From an uncultured Pelagibacteraceae bacterium (GTDB lineage: Bacteria; Pseudomonadota; Alphaproteobacteria; Pelagibacterales; Pelagibacteraceae), in contig CACCBF010000002.1 of the NCBI GenBank assembly GCA_902544135.1, positions 40,596 to 104,595 on the forward strand: a stretch of DNA of 64,000 bases. Reading direction: 5' to 3'. Numbering within the stretch: the first letter of the stretch is position 1; every line of letters begins with the position of its first letter. The translations under genes and the position numbers were made by a program. The notes under the pieces are model-generated. The model had not been told where the DNA came from, did no database searches, and saw nothing but the letters and a program-made list of their open reading frames with translations. Below, piece by piece: positions 61,380 to 64,000 of the stretch.

Positions 61380-61921
61380 AAAAAAAATTATTAGTAGGTT
61401 TAACAATAATTATGTTTTTTTTTAAGAATGCATCTGCTGGAAATTATGAAAAAGTTTTTTATGACTTTAAAATAGAAAGTATTACAGGTGAGATTATCGA
61501 TTTAAATCAATATAAAAATAAAGTCATCTTAATTGTTAACACAGCAAGCTATTGTGGTTTTACGAAACAATATGCTGAATTACAAGAGCTTTGGAATAAA
61601 TATAAGTCTAAGGGTTTAATTGTTCTTGGTGTGCCCTCTAATTCATTTAATCAGGAAAAAGATGATAATAAAGATATAAAGAAATTTTGTGAAGTTAATT
61701 TTAATATAAATTTTCCATTATCAAGTATAACAGATGTTAAAGGGGAAAATGTTCACGAAATATTTAAATGGGCAGCTGATAACCACGGTAAATCAGCCAT
61801 ACCTAAATGGAACTTCTACAAAATTTTAATAAACAAAGAAGGTAAAGTTGAGGATACTTATTCATCATTTACTAAACCAATGTCAAATAAAATAATAAAG
61901 AAAATAGAAAGTATTCTATAA
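61376..61921 (+). CDS. Glutathione peroxidase (Cys type), with signal peptide
   Basis: NTASYCGFT active site, with Cys encoded by TGT rather than TGA, plus PKWNFYKILI. Confidence 0.9.
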   Translation: MKKKLLVGLTIIMFFFKNASAGNYEKVFYDFKIESITGEIIDLNQYKNKVILIVNTASYCGFTKQYAELQELWNKYKSKGLIVLGVPSNSFNQEKDDNKDIKKFCEVNFNINFPLSSITDVKGENVHEIFKWAADNHGKSAIPKWNFYKILINKEGKVEDTYSSFTKPMSNKIIKKIESIL

Positions 61922-62686
61922 TTTCAACAAAAGACCATCGTGAGCAGGAACAACATTTTTAGGTAAAATTTTTTTAAGTTCACTGTAGTCCAAAATAGGA
62001 GATAGATTTGTTAAAATAGCTTTTTGTGGTGCAAATTTATTTATCATTAATAATGATTTTTCTAAATTAAAATGTGACGGATGGTAATTATACCACAAAC
62101 AATCAATAATTAGATATTTTAATTTACGAAAATATTTATAATCTTTTTCATAAATTTCACTTACATCACTTATATAGGCTATCTTCTTATTGATTATAAA
62201 ACAATTTGATTTTACATTACCATGATCAACAATAATTGATCTAATATTTACTTTCTTGTTATTGTTTCTAAAAAAAAAATTCTTTGTTAACTTGTTTAGC
62301 TTAAGCGTAGCAGGATATTCTTTTGAATAACTATTAAAAATATAGGAAAAACTTTTTTTTAAATATTTTGAAGTAATCTGGTCTGCATAAACATTTATTT
62401 GTTTTTTACTACTAATATAAAAAGATCTTAAATCGTTAATGCCGTGTGTTTGATCTCCATGCATATGAGAATAAAAAACTTTATCGATTTTCTTAATATT
62501 ATGTCTTAATAACTGTTGACGTAAATCAGGAGATGTATCAAATAAAATATTTTGGTTAGAAGTTTTTAATAAAGCAGAACATCTTGTTCTGTAGTTTTTT
62601 TTATTTTTTGGATCACAATTCCCAAAAAAACCATCGGGTCGAGGAACTCCCATTGAACTACCACATCCAAGAATTATAAATTTCAT
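61916..62686 (-). CDS. MBL-fold metallo-hydrolase (PhnP/GPX-like subgroup)
   Basis: HMHGDQTHG (HxHxDH) motif, 256 aa. Confidence 0.8.
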   Translation of the reverse strand: MKFIILGCGSSMGVPRPDGFFGNCDPKNKKNYRTRCSALLKTSNQNILFDTSPDLRQQLLRHNIKKIDKVFYSHMHGDQTHGINDLRSFYISSKKQINVYADQITSKYLKKSFSYIFNSYSKEYPATLKLNKLTKNFFFRNNNKKVNIRSIIVDHGNVKSNCFIINKKIAYISDVSEIYEKDYKYFRKLKYLIIDCLWYNYHPSHFNLEKSLLMINKFAPQKAILTNLSPILDYSELKKILPKNVVPAHDGLLLKL

Positions 62687-62692
62687 ATTAAA

Positions 62693-63454
62693 CTATTTAA
62701 AAAAAAGATTATCAAAATTTTCAGTGGTTATTTTGTCAAGTTTTGATTTCTCTATAGCTTTAATTTCTGCAAGTTTTTTAGATGTAAAATTAATAAAAGA
62801 AGGTTCATTTTTTTTTCCCCGATTAGGAACTGGGGCTAAAAAAGGACTATCTGTTTCAATCAAAATTCTATCTAAAGGTAAAAATTTAAATGTTTTTTGT
62901 AATTCTTTAGAATTTTTAAATGTTATAATACCACTTGCTGAAAAATACGTATTTAGATTAAGTAAATCTTCTGCAAATTTTTGTGAACCAGTGAAACAGT
63001 GCATTAAGATCTTAAGTTCTGTATCTTTGTATTCATTTAAAATATCGAAGGTATTTTCCTCTGCATTTCTAGAATGAACAATCAACGGAAGATTATTTTC
63101 TATAGCAGCGTTTATATGAATCTTAAAACTTTCAATTTGTTTTTTTCTGTCAGAGTTATCATAATAATAATCAAGACCTGTTTCACCTATACCAATAATT
63201 TTCTTATTTTCCCTTAAATTTTTGTTAAAAAATCCGGAGACGACCATATTTTTATCTACTTCGTGAGGATGAATTCCAATAGAACCATAAATTATGTCGT
63301 CTTTCTTTACTATTTCTTTAACTCTTGAAAAACTCTCTATAGATGTTGATATTGTTAGTATCTTTTCAATGCCAACATCTTTTGATCTTTGAATAATATC
63401 ATCCAAGTTACTTAATAAAGGCTCATGGTCTAAATGGCAGTGTGAGTCAATCAT
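62693..63454 (-). CDS. tatD: TatD family metal-dependent hydrolase/DNase
   Basis: MIDSHCHLD start and ETDSPFLAP motif. Confidence 0.9.
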   Translation of the reverse strand: MIDSHCHLDHEPLLSNLDDIIQRSKDVGIEKILTISTSIESFSRVKEIVKKDDIIYGSIGIHPHEVDKNMVVSGFFNKNLRENKKIIGIGETGLDYYYDNSDRKKQIESFKIHINAAIENNLPLIVHSRNAEENTFDILNEYKDTELKILMHCFTGSQKFAEDLLNLNTYFSASGIITFKNSKELQKTFKFLPLDRILIETDSPFLAPVPNRGKKNEPSFINFTSKKLAEIKAIEKSKLDKITTENFDNLFFK

Positions 63455-64000
63455 TTTTTTTTTCTATTTTATTGAAAAGAATGTTTATCTTATTAATTGA
63501 ATTTCCTTGTTTTAAAAAAGTATTATCTCCTATTGATGTAAAATCAATATCTTTTTCAGTTAAGTTAAAAATCTTCAAAGCTTTTAAAGATGATTGAGGT
63601 ATAATTGGATAAAGCAAGTAGCTTACCTTTCTTACTATCTCAAGTGTCGAGTATACAATTGTATTCAATCTTAAAGGGTTGTCTTTTTTTTTCCATGGTT
63701 CTTGGTCATTAAAATATTTATTCGCTTCAAATAAAGAACTAATTATGTAATCAATATAAAAATTGATATTTTGATTATCAATTTCAAGTCTAATTTTACT
63801 TAGATTTTCTTTATATTTATCTAAAATATCTAAGTCGTCTTTTTCAAAATTAATTTTTTCTGGAATTTTACCTGAACAATTTTTAATTGTGAAAGAAATA
63901 ACACGTTGACATAAATTACCAAAATTATTAGCCAAATCACTATTTATACAATCCTCCAATTTATCTTGGGATATATTACCATCGTTTCCAAAAGAAACTT
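63447..64000 (-). CDS. metG: Methionyl-tRNA synthetase, C-terminal ~184 aa (gene start beyond window end)
   Basis: The frame stays open to position 64000 (...VSFGNDGNISQDKLEDCINSDLANNFGNLCQRV), matching the MetRS anticodon-binding domain. The ORF-track M at 63959 is an internal TTG. Confidence 0.85.
   Translation of the reverse strand, partial: VSFGNDGNISQDKLEDCINSDLANNFGNLCQRVISFTIKNCSGKIPEKINFEKDDLDILDKYKENLSKIRLEIDNQNINFYIDYIISSLFEANKYFNDQEPWKKKDNPLRLNTIVYSTLEIVRKVSYLLYPIIPQSSLKALKIFNLTEKDIDFTSIGDNTFLKQGNSINKINILFNKIEKKND

Noticed and set aside
61376-61921. Selenocysteine recoding in the glutathione peroxidase
   Set aside because: The active-site residue in NTASYCGFT is encoded by TGT (Cys). 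There is no in-frame TGA and no SECIS-like hairpin.

Overview
This window is AT-rich and very gene-dense. It looks like a SAR11/Pelagibacterales-type alphaproteobacterial chromosome; that call is inferred from composition, spacers of 0-50 nt, many ATGA/TAATG overlaps and gene content. I support about 77 CDS and 3 tRNAs (Ser-GCU, Glu-UUC, Pro-UGG). No rRNA, CRISPR array or transposase is visible. Most of the window is housekeeping: topA, plsY, pyrC'/pyrB, gatCAB, the soxBDAG sarcosine oxidase operon, dapA, smpB, folK, spoT, pyrE, pdxJ-acpS-lepB-rnc-recO, hemB, glyA-nrdR-ribD-ribE-ribB(A)-ribH-nusB-thiL, hppA, rpmF-plsX-ihfA, metY, rplM-rpsI, argC, hom, glpX, nhaA, tatD and metG. The exception is 51.9-57.2 kb, between an EamA transporter gene and tRNA-Glu. 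It holds about 1 kb of non-coding DNA and a domain-truncated ogt-like gene. Directly upstream of that gene is a roughly 54% GC structured RNA element, ending in a terminator, that I cannot assign to any known family. The same stretch carries an unannotated 57-aa two-TM ORF, a tyrosine integrase, a glycosyltransferase cassette and a GIY-YIG gene. This islet, and especially the RNA element, is the best candidate for something undescribed. Several housekeeping genes also show degenerate or unusual active-site motifs: pyrC lacks the HxH zinc motif, ribBA has a dead GCH-II domain, and nrdR has CxC instead of CxxC ribbons.
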